Below, piece by piece: positions 24,001 to 61,431 of a stretch of DNA of 64,000 nt (positions are counted from its first letter, which is position 1; each line of letters starts with the position of its first letter). The notes under the pieces are model-generated. The model was not told the DNA's origin, did not search any database, and saw only the letters and a program-made list of their open reading frames with translations. The translations under genes and the position numbers were made by a program. The DNA comes from Oopsacas minuta (taxonomy: Eukaryota > Animalia > Porifera). The stretch spans positions 299,848-363,847 of the forward strand of contig JAKMXF010000297.1 in NCBI GenBank assembly GCA_024704765.1, read 5' to 3'.

Positions 24001-25281
24001 CCTGCTGAATTAGGATATACTCTATTAGGAGAAGGAGAGCTCTTAAATGGGGAAGTAGATGCTATAAGCGACTTAAAATGGAAACTGGTGGTCGTGGGTA
24101 GTCAGGACAAACTCCCTACTCTCAAATCCGGTGAATCTATTCAATCTCAGTTCTTCAAGTTAAGAGAGAAGGAGCATTATCTCCCTGATAAGAATTACGT
24201 CATGTTCCGTTACATGCTAACATCTAAGTTAGATAAAGATACTTACATAACTTTACACCTGACTACCTCAAAACCTGAAGCTATGTTCAGGGTGAGTGTC
24301 CAGGAAGAGGGAGAGCCAGCTCAGGAGGTCGAGGGCACAGGCACCTGTCTTATCCCCTCTCTGCTGATCAGAGCACCTGATAAGGGTGTTGAAAAGCGCG
24401 AGTATCTGGTACGTTGTGAAGTACTTAGAAAATCTTGGTCTCATCAAGAGAGCGCCTGGGAACATTATAACGAGATCAAAGCTCTATCTGCTCAACCTGA
24501 ATCAACTCGCAGTGGTACTCCTCATGATAGCAAGAAGAAGGGAGGAGACAAGAAGTCGGGTAGTGTACCTAAAGGAGGGAAGAAACCATTCACAGGGAAA
24601 AGCACTGGTTCTACTGTATTGCTGGATAAATATCCACACTGGGTATTGAGTATAGTATCACCACATGAATTGGATATTAGCAAAGATACTCATAGAGTAG
24701 ATGAAATCAGGAGAATGAAGGAGGGATGGGAGGAATTGGACAAGGGTCGTGCTGAGAGAGCCAAGCTCACTCGGGAGAAGTTTGTCCGTAATATGTTAGG
24801 ACAAGATTCCGAGGAAGGGAGTGTCACTGATCTTGATGCGCTACACAGTGAAACCTCTCTTGCTAACCCGATACAACCAGTAGCTACTATCCTAGAGCTT
24901 CCTCAGACAGATTTCTCTAGTTTTACTGTAGTTACCTCAGAACAGCCTCGTATGTTAGATGCTAACGAGGAGGAGAAACGAGAAGGCCAGCAGAGACTCA
25001 ACAACCAGGTTTACAAATCGTGGAGACAAGAAGTGTTCAAACGAAGGGAGTCAGAAAGAAAACTTAGGAACAATTTCAAAGCTAAACAGTTAGCTACAAT
25101 TGAGAACTTGATTAAGATCAGCGATGAGTTCCACGAGCGGATTCTACAGCCACGCGAGAAGATACGGCAAGCTTCACTTAAGGTTGATAAAGCTCGCGAA
25201 GAGATTGAGTCTCCCAGTCAGGGGAAAGAGAGTAAGAAAGATAAGAAAGAGAAATCTCCAAAAAGTAAACCCAAAAAATAG
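21070..25281 (+). CDS. ADGB: Androglobin-like protein (calpain-like CysPc domain, permuted globin/IQ region); intronless, 1403 aa
   Basis: N-terminal IWPEW..FED...WKRP; GKYTVRLFWLNSWRRITIDD; ELWPALLSKAIIKVASLDY; IQ-like KLQFYYRVHRRSR; C-terminal DTHRVDEIRRMKEGWE...RAERAKLTREKF. Confidence 0.85.
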   Translation: MNIWPEWTDAEDAKGKGGRGAPSVFEDSESFELPADMARVCEQWKRPSGLMVAGEGSEEPPTPVIVEAETIPIIDLVTPNLHLFPLSELIRWIVCQLHALWQQRDVFLISPTNPGADPVQWRPWEHIFPQNKGTPVLSPNGKYTVRLFWLNSWRRITIDDLMPVDLDGRLLLPSSTNRCELWPALLSKAIIKVASLDYNSPSSRGDFGEASIVYLLTGWCPQKINTSDLKNRDQIWPLLLRALRLWKPPSEKRTKSPVLSPDKQEPSGVESNSSRASMKGKPPAKGSATKGDSKKTASRMGGPGKKTTADVTDKLEQLEKFSKLNPDGEPEHPTTCLLFATFKSSSECVGSFEVKRNAETSAFLKGNQIPPNQAHPLQLMEVRDRPLKPPDTPPPYPPKMFPRYPGHRHRRENPFDDRLPPPSPPKEPRFIRLESVLTGTWQQAEKEVVNQPLLISLLEKVRESERSKDRAGKRLSIDISSMTETDEIQSERMNMWIEFEEFLRLFTVIYIFYRPDVFPYDEKFEKLSPQVMKGGMRAPSGSNSRTPLNPHKSTVLNQFFIDSVSESKLLYVDSSRPIHILISLSSFVNWKTKPQGSLLFQKRTKVILHPTTIRFTESVQRLGPPTVEKQEVLETKEAWLRIIPYNWRVQGDGRPLHIIQTSAVNSYLLSLPPGRYVYKLLTHSPIGMVLTIRSHSRFRIVEEEELLSLLTGTPAAFKALSKKMFDHIFEVALPKLRDVDEFSRVLLNGELAPLQDHYSEMCQALFDSMTSRKEQLCLISSKYLLCKIFLLKTFHLLDPNIQIDTSKSYKNMSDCERAEIKKFTEKEIQKITKLQFYYRVHRRSRMKQLYTSGSKENDEFISDITDAFSPLKENLLNAWESRLYQVCEEFPECRAMLRLDGPHEMKVYTQTYEGLTDLQNEKWALLFRNIFQLNQPNFLSFLLFSKGSCKVRLKLINNDTYQELPAVSGKLLPRQYQPAELGYTLLGEGELLNGEVDAISDLKWKLVVVGSQDKLPTLKSGESIQSQFFKLREKEHYLPDKNYVMFRYMLTSKLDKDTYITLHLTTSKPEAMFRVSVQEEGEPAQEVEGTGTCLIPSLLIRAPDKGVEKREYLVRCEVLRKSWSHQESAWEHYNEIKALSAQPESTRSGTPHDSKKKGGDKKSGSVPKGGKKPFTGKSTGSTVLLDKYPHWVLSIVSPHELDISKDTHRVDEIRRMKEGWEELDKGRAERAKLTREKFVRNMLGQDSEEGSVTDLDALHSETSLANPIQPVATILELPQTDFSSFTVVTSEQPRMLDANEEEKREGQQRLNNQVYKSWRQEVFKRRESERKLRNNFKAKQLATIENLIKISDEFHERILQPREKIRQASLKVDKAREEIESPSQGKESKKDKKEKSPKSKPKK

Positions 25282-25439
25282 TTTTAAGTAATCAAAGTAT
25301 TATTATGATTAGCTGTAATATGCTACTTGAATCTTACTCTGTATTCTTTATTATTTGCATTATCGAAATATTTAAGAAAGTCAATCATGATGGATTATTA
25401 TCAATGTGATGACTACTACCAAGTATGTAATATTGTGAA

Positions 25440-25702
25440 GAACATTAGATAATACTATCACACAATTGAATTTGATTATGAAATATGATATATATAACCG
25501 GAGAGGAACGTTTCCTCCCATATTTTTCGACAAATATCCAAGAAATGCTACACGTAATAAGTGTAATGAGTATTTCCGTGATATTCCGCAGAATCTCCGC
25601 AAGAAACTGCATAGGATATATCTTGATGATTTAATCCTATTTGGCTATAGCTACAATGGAGATAGTCAAGACTATGCTTGTGAGGAGAAAACTGCTAATT
25701 AA
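25440..25702 (+). pseudogene. Fragment resembling the C-terminus of a carbohydrate sulfotransferase (Sulfotransfer_2 family)
   Basis: YFRDIPQNLRKKLHRIYLDDLILFGY resembles the CHST C-terminal consensus; upstream frame is closed and no N-terminal part is visible. Confidence 0.4.
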
Positions 25703-27134
25703 TGGTTGAATGATGCAAAATGTCTACTTATTTTGCATGTATTTATTCACGTAGCATTTTTGTATATTACTGGTGTAGACTATCCAATTATACATGGTAT
25801 AGTGGCTGAGTTCTAGTGGTTGACTTAGTAAGTGTGTATTATAGTCACTGGCGTAGCCAGGTATATTGCGTAGGGGGAAATGGAATTCATTATTGCACTC
25901 AACGCATACTAGCATAATAGTAACCTCCTATCTACTATGGGTACAATTATAGAAATGAGGTCATCACTTTCTGAATGCGGTTGTAAAACGACCATGAGCA
26001 AAAATGCTTAAAAATTGTGTGATATTTAGGGGGATATTCTTCACACGGATCTCCTGACTCAAATTCAGTGCAATTATTTATATGTTAAAATAACAAATTA
26101 TAGGAAATTAACGTGATTTTCTTTAATTTTTCACACCTTTTTCGTGATTAATCATATTTTCACAACTTCTATTTAAAATTCTAAATTGTGTTGGAGTTTG
26201 GGTTTCAAAAACATATATAGAAGTATATGGCAACCGTTTTTCCAGTGTATTGTTCTTATATCCGACAAAGAATCAATGGAGTAGAATACAAAAGATTCGG
26301 TTAATCGAGCTAGTGTTCTTATATCCGGCATCTACTGTACTCCGAACGATATGAATAATTTGGTTTTATGACTGCTGGACATTTTTTTTACTATTTCGAA
26401 AATACAAATGATTTTGGGAAACTTGTTATCCTAATTTGTTGTATAATCAAATGAAGCTTAAACTTCATTAGATACACTGTTCTATGGATAGTGGTGATAA
26501 ATTATTTCTGTGCCGATTATACTTTAGTATAGTGGCCCAGTATTGAAATGCTTGCCTATATTATTATTCACAAGTTTTGGAGCCTTTTTCTGCCCCCCCG
26601 GCGCTTATTCAGGGAAATATGTTATACTACCTACTACAATTAGAAGATTGAATAATAACTGATTCGAGAAAATATCCCATTTAGAAACCAAGAGCAAGCT
26701 CCATTTATCGCTTTGTATAATGTGTTCTTTACTCTTATTATCCTAGGTAATTTACATTCCAGAGAGATCATTCGCATTCATAGCCGTAGCGCCCTATATG
26801 GTCCGAACGGACCTCCTATGGCTAATGGGTGACCAAATATTGCATGACAGACCCTGCATGTTTGATTGTTTCCTGAAACTTAGTGCCAATGCATGAAACG
26901 GTCACAACCTATTCTATCAAAACGCAATTCATCGTATGTTCCAAATGTTAAGTGTCAATATGTTCCGTGAATTTTATTAATTTGAATCTCTAAACACTCA
27001 ATAATATATAATAGCATGTTATGTATTTGGTGGAACATTTAAATGTAATAAATTATTAAGACATTCAATGAATCGGAACAAATATTCGTAGTTTCCAGCA
27101 GTGTTGGGAACAGCAGAAGCAAATTGAAATTGAA

Positions 27135-28211
27135 TCAGGTAGTTAATATATTTGTGTTGTTGTTGAGTGGTGAAAACTGAAACCAACAAATCTCTATTGC
27201 CTCGCTTAAGTAAGATTCTGTGACATTAAAATTCAATCGTTTAGAACCAAGTCTGCCGCTCAGCTGTAGTAAGGACAAAGCTAATATGAATAGAAGGAGC
27301 ACTACTTTGTTACGAAGTAGACTGTATTTCTTTTTAGTAGACACATGATGGGAGATTTCAATTGAATTGTCTAAAGTAGATTCAGATGATTCAGCTATCA
27401 AATTCGTACTTTCTGTTCTATATTATTCCATTTTATACAGCAAATTGGGATAATCAACCACAAGACAACTCTAGCTATATACCCAGTCATAATTCCCAAC
27501 CAATAACCCAGCGTAGACATCTTCCAACCAACACTCAATATTATGGATACTGGAAATGCTACAATACAAAACCCAAGGGAAGTAATATATCCCAGATCCT
27601 GTTTTCCTATGCCACGTAACATACCTTGGAATTCTACAACCACACTATCAAACGAATGGTATATTGCAATAATGAAAGCTATATCAGATAGTCCAATCAC
27701 AACTCTCTCATCTAACGTGAATAACCTCCGCCATATAGATATCCCTGCTATCAATACTATTGACTGAATAGATATTGTCACTAGCATGTATTGATCAGTT
27801 AGAGATACAACCTGACGAGATTGCTTGATCAGTATCAATCTATTCATTATATTTATCCAGAAATGGAAATGGGAAGAGCTAAGGATAAATGAATAAGAAA
27901 ACTTCTCTGCCATACTACACCAAGATATTTATACCTCATTGCTCCAAATGCCTGTGAGGCTAACATACCTAGAGCTGAGGATATTGCGAAATGTAAATAA
28001 TATCCAGTTATGTCAACGAAAACTTGACACAGAGAAACAGCCGCCAATGCTGTACTTCCATCTCCAATGTGTCCAGCAAATATTAGCAGAATAATTGATA
28101 GAGTTTGTGTAGATAGTGCTGCAATGTATACAAGAGATATCAACTTGAATATAGTAAATAGTTCTGCGTAAAGGATGTTTTCATAATATATTAGAAATGT
28201 ACTTGTATAAC
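27135..28211 (-). pseudogene. MATE/SLC47 transporter pseudogene (two frameshifts, internal deletion, MITE at the 5' end)
   Basis: GHIGDGSTALAAVSL and SQAFGA..GVVWQRS (N-lobe) frameshift at ~27862 into FWINI...QGMLRGIGKQ (C-lobe); second frameshift at ~27400 into a C-terminal TM segment. Confidence 0.75.
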
Positions 28212-28300
28212 CAGTACCGGATTTAGGAGTGTTCGGAGTGTGCGGCCGAACAGAGCCCCTAAATTTAGGGGGTCCCCCACAACTCAACGCCATTAAGTTT
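28212..28300. mobile_element. Left end of a CAGTACCGGATTTAGG-type MITE abutting the MATE remnant
   Basis: GC-rich cagtaccggatttagg...ggccgaacagagcccc; right end not confidently found. Confidence 0.45.
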
Positions 28301-28469
28301 ATACACACTGCACTTCTACATTGATCACTACAAATCTTATACTAGAAACATTTGACTTCTCTGACCTTATTAATGATTTTGCGTCCAGAAAAGCACGCAG
28401 AGTGATCTTATAGAGTAATTATAGTTATTGTATATTTATGATATATATATGTACAACTGATTAATTAGA

Positions 28470-28830
28470 GGTCATGAAAAGTGTCTGTCTGTATCATGAG
28501 CGTAGGCAATGGTATGGTTAGTGAAGCTATGGCCCTACCAATAATTCTACTCTCTCCATAGAAACTAATAGAAAAGTGTGTGCATGGCTCCAAAGGCCCT
28601 ACCAATCCAGAGCACGTGTCTACGCCCTGTGTATGTATGTTTGTTCGTTGTCAAGAAATTGAAGGAAAGGATTTATGGTATGCTATTTTAAATGTAAATT
28701 TCGCATTTCTGAGAGGTCGCATAACTATGCATTTATCGTGTTTAGCAACAGAATAAGCAGAATTCAATAAAACTAAATATAAGGAATATGCTTAACTTAA
28801 GTACAATAGTTATGGGTGGATATTCTCAAT
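28470..28830 (+). mobile_element. Helitron/Helentron-like non-autonomous repeat with a small MITE (28495-28629) nested in its microsatellite
   Basis: Body gttgtcaag..gaaaggattta.ggtatgc...gtcgcataactatg..tatcgtgttta matches 57771-57840; insert has catgagcgtag / ctacgccctg ends. Confidence 0.5.
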
Positions 28831-29509
28831 TTTTAGTCGAGAATATGAATATATTTTATGAACTAATATACCAGCAGTAAACCGGTTACCCACTGTATTA
28901 AAACAAAGTTTAAACATTCCCTAAATCGGTTAACCACCCCACCCCTGCTTTGTTTTTATGAATCAGGGCTGGATTCAGTTAGCTGGTTATCCGGTTAACT
29001 ACTGCTATATCCACTTAACTGCTGAGAGAAAATATATTCGGTTAACTGAATAGTGTAATTTTCATCAATATTTCACTTTCCTAAGGTTATGCAGGTACAA
29101 ATTATATATATACGAATTCTGCTAGTTATGTATTTGTGAGGAGTTACATTTTCGGTCTGTATTCATAAATTTCAATAGTTTTCTAAGTTGCAATCGCATT
29201 AAGAATACATATGTGATGAAATTATTGATACTCCCAGATTTAGTCACCAAATTTATTGATTAGATTAACGAATAATTGCAGCGGTTAACCGGTGTTAGAG
29301 GTAATCCTGTTCCCCCAAACATTACTCACTAAGATAATGTTTCTCCGAGTATTTCCCCTTACACACTTAACAAACGTACGCGGGTCAAGGAAACTTCCAG
29401 CCCACCTCGCAGGGCTAGATCCAACGATAATCCAATGAAATCCACACAGGCTATCCAAATAGTGAGTTAGAAATGCTCATATTCTCGACTAAATGGTATC
29501 TAGTTAGAT

Positions 29510-29802
29510 CAGGGGCGGGCAAACTACAGCCCCAATGTGATTTTGACCCGGCTCGCCTTGCTTAAGTTATTTGATCACTGTCTTACTCTTTCTTACGCAT
29601 TCGGAAATTTCATCAAACAATATTATACTCTCATTAAACAATATTAGCTAATTATTATGTATAATTATTGTTTATTTTATAATTAGCTAGCAGGGTTTCT
29701 CTAATAAATTAGAACATGGAACGTAGTTGTAGGTCAATACTGTCCGCATGAAAATTTGGAAATAGAATGCGGCCCACGCAGAAAAAAGCTAGCCAACCCC
29801 TG
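29510..29802. mobile_element. hAT (Charlie-like) MITE
   Basis: caggggcgggcaaactacagccc ... gcggcccacgcagaaaaaagctagccaacccctg; perfect 8-bp TSD agttagat. Confidence 0.88.
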
Positions 29803-30149
29803 AGTTAGATAATCCAATCAATTCGATCAATGATAGATATCTAGTCAATTTTACACATCTAGAATGCAGAGTTTATCATATCAACTCCTGAATGTGGGGG
29901 AAAGTATGGACATTTTGACCCATGTATTCTAAGAATTTGACGGGTTCCCCAAGCCCAAACGAATATTTATATTCAAAATGAAAAAGTGAACCTCCGAAAA
30001 TCTTACAATTAATCCAAGTAACTACTCCGATCCAAAGTCTATTTTTTCGATATTATGCGAATTTCAATTGATTATTGTCGAGCTGTCACAACAAGTAATA
30101 ATCCATTATTTAGATTTCAGTTACTACTTTCAGTAGTCTTACTATTTCA

Positions 30150-32004
30150 ATGCGCAGTTTTACACACACAGACTGTAGAATTCTTACTAAAGTTACCGTA
30201 AGAACATATTATTTCGTGCGAGGCAAGTATGTCCATGAACCGAAACCGATAGAGCCACACCCTCTCGGTCCACCTAAAAATTGGAGAACATGCTTTGTAG
30301 TAGACGCGATCCCCCGTAAAACAGCTCCAATATCACCTGCTCTCACGTTCACATGGCTAACTAAGACACGGGAATTATTGGATGAAGATGGAAATGTTGG
30401 TTGGAAGATTTCCCAGGAGAAAGAGAAGCGAGATCGGGAGTTGACCATTGAATTAATGGATAGAGTACAACAAGTTATTGATTCTCATGCACATCTTGTA
30501 AAGTTACACTCTCAGAGATCAGATGCACATTTCATGGGTCTACTCACTAACCTTCTTGTTTACATGGCGAGTTGTAAGGTAGGTATTAATAGTAGTACAG
30601 TGAATGCAGGTTATAAGAACATCGTCGGGAACTGGACATAATGTTCTTATATCAACATCTTAAAACCGTATATAGAGGATGTCGGTTATGAGAACACTTC
30701 TTTTAAACAATTTGGGTTCAGGAGCCATATTATTGCAAACGGTTTACCCCGATTCTACAACAAACCGGTAATAAGAACCAATTTCACTACTATTCTAAGA
30801 GTGTTCTTATAACCGACATAAATTATATTGGGATATATGGCAACCGTTTTCCAGTAGAATGTTCTTATATCCGGTAAAAATTCAATGGAGTATAATATAA
30901 CTGATTGACCGTTAATCAAGTTAAGGTTCTTATAACCGGCATGTTCTTATATCCGGCATCTACTGTATCACACCAAGAGGCTAGAACCTCTCTAGTTTGT
31001 ATTTTCTACTTCAGGCTCTCTTTAGTTTTTATTTTGCTAATGATGGGCAGAACTTTTCTATTTACGTATAACTAAGAAATGCACTTATCTTTTATATAAT
31101 TAATCTTTAGGAGTATTCTCATCTTCATGATTGCAGCGCAGCACGAGACCTAGAATACGAGTTGTATTGGAAGAGAAATGGAGTTAAATTTGTAAGCAAA
31201 TCTAGCATTGACTACGTACTAAGAACTAAACATCCCTTACCACTCATACAAGATCCCTCCCCTGAGACAGACGAATCAATCCTGCAGGAGAATTACAGAC
31301 CAACAGATATGGTATTTTTTGATAAAGGATTCAGCGTGCTAGGTAACTATGGTGGATTCAGGTATTTATAGTATTATTTACTAATGATTAGTTTTTGTTA
31401 TTTTCTATTGATTTATAGGGTGGATATAGACCAGACACGACCTCATGTACACACTATGTTCTGCTATAGAACAACAGCCTCTACAGAGTCCGCACTTAAA
31501 ATGTATGGGCTGACAATCCTGTTCTCCCAGGCACTCGCACAAGCACGACAATCTGGCTTGAGGGGAGATGCTCCTCTCCTTCCCAGGCCTGTTGTCAGTC
31601 AGGGCGTGTTTCTTAATTTCAGTCACGCAATATTTCTACGCTTTCAACTCAACACCCTTGACTATAGCTCTGATTCCGCTTATTATAACTGGCTTCAGTC
31701 CAGTCCTCTTATCCCTAGGTTTAACAGAGAGTCCTCTACATCAACAAAAGAAATTAACTTTGAATATATCCAGCATCTTATCAGCTCTCTATCCTCTCCT
31801 ACCGACAACACTGTACTGGACGTACATGAACTTAACCAGAGCATTTCTCTACCAAAGCCTGAACTCTTCATTCCCAGATATCCCCGCCTTAAGAAATACA
31901 AAAACAATGTATATACCTATAGGAAAAATCATGGATTGAGACTACAGGGAAAACTAACTGGGAGGTTAGATTTAAAATGTTTACCTGAAGATCGACCTAA
32001 ATAA
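30150..32004 (+). CDS. MRPL37: Mitochondrial ribosomal protein of the mL37/mL65 family, most like mL37; exons 30150-30578, 31111-31361, 31419-32004
   Basis: YWKRNG...LRTKHPLP, RPHVHT, FSQALAQAR, PRPVVSQGV, FQLNTLD motifs; junction phases 0 and 2 are consistent. Confidence 0.7.
30673..30965. mobile_element. pogo-like MITE family (CAGTAGATGCCGGATATAAGAAC) in MRPL37 intron 1; partial copies at ~26222-26337, ~40140-40266, ~53049-53160
   Basis: TA-flanked degenerate TIRs; internal gttcttatawccg repeats shared by all copies. Confidence 0.75.
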
Positions 32005-32157
32005 GTTATTTACTTTATAATGTGTCTAGCTCAATAATACTTATAGATTTAATATGTGGTAATTATATAATTACACATTATGTAATTATTGAAAGACCAG
32101 CTTTATTATACATTTTAATTTATACAAAAAGAAAATATGTAATTGCTTGAGAAATAA

Positions 32158-33516
32158 ATGAAGGTTTTCTGGCTGAGACGTGAGCTTATTCTCTGTATAA
32201 GTATCTCTATAGTGCTAACATGTTCATTACTGATAATCAGAAGGATGAACTCTACTTCATCATCTGTAGACACATCCAATACGCAACCAGATAAGACTAC
32301 GATTATTCAAGAACTGGTAGCAACAGGAGTAATAGTGAAACCTCAAGTAGAGATAATTACAAAAGTAGAATTGATTCCTGAAGTTAAGACTGATAAACCT
32401 GATACAGTGATTAACAACACACTCTCTTCTATCTATGCACAGATTAACAGTCAGTCTAGTCAATTGGATTGTGGATTTCCTCGACTAGTATTAGTAATAC
32501 AAGTACATGATAGGCTACATTATCTGGAACAGCTACTGCAGAGCTTAAAGGAGAATGAACAAATACAACATACTCTAGTAATAACTAGTCATGACTTATA
32601 CGTTCCAGAAGTACATAAACTAGTTACCAGTGTATTCTACACTCGTGTAATTCCTATATACTATCCTTACTCACAGCAGATCTATAAGGAAACCTTCCCC
32701 GGTAACGATCCTAAAGATTGTACTAAATCTATACAGAGAGAGGAAGCACTCCGTATCAAGTGTAATAATGCTGATACGCCTGATCAGTATGGTAACTACA
32801 GAGAGGCTAAATTCACTGCAATCAAGCATCACTGGTTCTGGAAGATTGTTACTGTATTTGATAAGTTAAAATGTCTCAGTGACTACTCTGGTCAGGTAAT
32901 ATTCCTTGAAGAGGATCACTATACTAGTCCTGACTTCATAACAACGGCTCTTAGACTAGAGGAGCTTAGGGATGAACAGTGTCCGGAGTGTGACTTCATA
33001 AATATGGGAGTATATAAGCCTAAGTCTGTAGAAAAGATGCACGCTAGGAATGTGGAGATGTACGAGTGGATAGCAGGGGATCATAACATGGGGTTTGGCA
33101 TGGATAGAAGGATCTGGGAAAAGATAAAGGATTGTGCGGGATATTTATGTAGCTTTGATGATTACAATTGGGATTGGAGCTTACAAGCAGTTGGAATGTT
33201 CTGTCTCAAGAAAAAATTTATAGTTTTGAGTCTAACTATTCCGAGGATATTTCATCTAGGAACCTGTGGTGTTCATCAGAAGAGTGGAGAATGTAAACCA
33301 GAGCAGCAGGCGGGATTAGTGAAGAAATCATTTCTAGGTCCAGAGTACATGAATGATGATAAGCTAGAATTAGTTGGGCCAACAGATAGATTGAAAACTG
33401 GAAGAATGCCAAATCCTAGAGGGTTTGGTGGGTGGGGAGACAAGCGGGACCATAATCTGTGTATTAGGTACTTAAGAGACGGGTTCCCTATCTCAAAAAT
33501 AGATATTCTTAAATAA
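32158..33516 (+). CDS. MGAT2: Alpha-1,6-mannosyl-glycoprotein 2-beta-N-acetylglucosaminyltransferase (GnT-II)
   Basis: Type II TM anchor; VIQVHDRLHYL, FTAIKHHWFWK, FLEEDHY, FDDYNWDWSL motifs. Confidence 0.93.
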   Translation: MKVFWLRRELILCISISIVLTCSLLIIRRMNSTSSSVDTSNTQPDKTTIIQELVATGVIVKPQVEIITKVELIPEVKTDKPDTVINNTLSSIYAQINSQSSQLDCGFPRLVLVIQVHDRLHYLEQLLQSLKENEQIQHTLVITSHDLYVPEVHKLVTSVFYTRVIPIYYPYSQQIYKETFPGNDPKDCTKSIQREEALRIKCNNADTPDQYGNYREAKFTAIKHHWFWKIVTVFDKLKCLSDYSGQVIFLEEDHYTSPDFITTALRLEELRDEQCPECDFINMGVYKPKSVEKMHARNVEMYEWIAGDHNMGFGMDRRIWEKIKDCAGYLCSFDDYNWDWSLQAVGMFCLKKKFIVLSLTIPRIFHLGTCGVHQKSGECKPEQQAGLVKKSFLGPEYMNDDKLELVGPTDRLKTGRMPNPRGFGGWGDKRDHNLCIRYLRDGFPISKIDILK

Positions 33517-33863
33517 ATTTTCTTTTTATATTATATTATCCTTTCATTATCCTCTGTTGCTGATAGCTTTTCTATTTTATTTGGTCAACAGAATAAAATA
33601 GAAAATCTCCTAATAATTGACACATTCGTTCCAGGCAGTTTGTATCAAGCGCAGTTTACGATTAGTCCATAATATTTTGTATTATCTCTATGAACCTGGC
33701 CCTTGAAATTGTCAACTTTACTCTACGACTAATTTCTGACCAAATTTCAGCTATCAAATAAACTAACATAATTTATTAAATATAAAATAATTGGTAAAAA
33801 GATATGAATAATAAAAGTATTACGTAATTCATTATATAAGTTTATATAGCAGGAGGATACAGG

Positions 33864-59516
<25,653 letters not shown>

Positions 59517-61431
59517 ACCAATTGGATAATCATCACAAATTTGATTACTAAAACAATTCAATATCTTATAGTCCCATGAATAATTCTACTTACAAGTACA
59601 AATCTAAAGATTGTTCATCAGCTATCGTCAAATAGACGTACTAATTAACAAGGTCTATTGATAAGCTAATTTCTATTCACATAAATATACAAAATATCGT
59701 CCAGTGAGCAGCAATTTTAACTGAAGATATCACACATACGTGTACATGTAAATGATATATATTCTAGTCAAAATATTCAGTAATTAAAATATATTACACA
59801 TTTATGATTGGATTATTATTATAAGTGAATTAAAGGGTGTTTAAATCAGATTAAAGATAAACATATGATAAAAGTTTGCATTGTGAGAAAACTATAAATG
59901 TACTTTATGAGATTTGTGAGACAAGATTTGAAGTCAGAAGAGAGAGACTGGGACAATAATTCTTAACAACATTTAAGTAAGTTTTGATTATACACAGTAG
60001 GTCATTATCATTTGTAATTTCATTAATAAGTTTAATTGGATCCAGAATTCTATAAAAGAAACTATAATCCAGGAATAAGAATTTAAAACATTTCACTGCG
60101 ATCATTTCGCCATCGAGATTACACGTCCTTATTTGCCCTATTTTCGGTCAATTAATAAACTCTTCCAATTTAGTCTGCTCAACTATAAACTGTCCATTGC
60201 CTCCGCTGAGAATGGAAAATACGGACAAGAATGTTACTGACAACAGAGACTTAGATTACCTGAGTGATCTGTGTTCGAAACAGAATGAGATTCTAAAAGA
60301 GATGGTTGAAGCTATGCGACAGGAGAAGGTCGACCTGGTCAATGAGATCATCGTATTAAATGCTACACTCTCAACCTTAAAGAAGAAAGCAAATTGATAT
60401 GCATACACTAGCGATCTTAAGATGCATTGCTATCTTCTGCTTCAAGTAATCGCATCGGACGAGGCATGCTATTATTAATGCATTGTAGTTGCAGCGTAAT
60501 TAATTGCAAATGTATAAAAGTTATAAAAATGCCAATATGTTATACGTACTGGGGTAATAGACTAATAGTACATGCATCCGTAGTTTACGATGCATGTAAT
60601 GCTAACTTTTTGGGATAGGAAGATTGGATAATAACTTGCAATGTATGCAAAACAGCGGACTCGTTAATTTGAACACGGTTAAATGTACTCGGATAAGGAG
60701 TGAGAATTTGACAGTACCCTGGTGTACGTATTAAATTCTACTGTAGAGGTAAATTTACAAAATTATTAGGGAAGTCAAATGACTTAATAAGCGATGAATC
60801 TTAGCTCAAATCTAAGTTGACTAATTCATGAATTAATAAATGAATTACTGAAAATTCAATCATCGATATATCAAATAAATCTCATTACATCTTGTTCAAA
60901 CTGAATATCAAGTAGATGAATAGGTTAAACTTGTATCTAGAAGCTTTTTCTAATTCTTCTTTTAGCGTAATTCTTTGCCATTTCGTATAAGTTCGCCAAA
61001 GTCAAAAATTGATTTGGCTACATCATATGCTCACTTTATAGATTTGACATTTTAAGAATGTATTATCAGTCAAAGTGTTGGGCATAAGTACTGACTGATT
61101 TGACTCAGTGGGTTATACATACGGATAAACACTTAGGTCTTAAAAGACAGTGGAACCTGCATAATCCGACGCAATTTTCATGTCACAACGTGTGTCTGAT
61201 CATGCAATTATGCAGTTACAAACATAATTAATTAAAATATTCCATTGTGTATTTATGTGAGGTTATAACTGAGCTAAAATGTACTTAACAAACTCTATTT
61301 TACAACCTATATTAGTATGTGCGGCTTTTTCCCTAATTTATAGTTGCTAGAAGATCGGTCCTGAAAGTGAATTGCATATTATAGCGACAGATATCTTAAA
61401 TTTGCAAAAATCATATTAAGTGACTGGTATA

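Noticed and set aside
59905-60700. Short ORFs (coiled-coil-like 60197-60397, a CNVCK motif) as a possible upstream Ig exon or transposon gene
   Set aside because: No Ig consensus, multiple stops; at most a very decayed repeat that I cannot classify.
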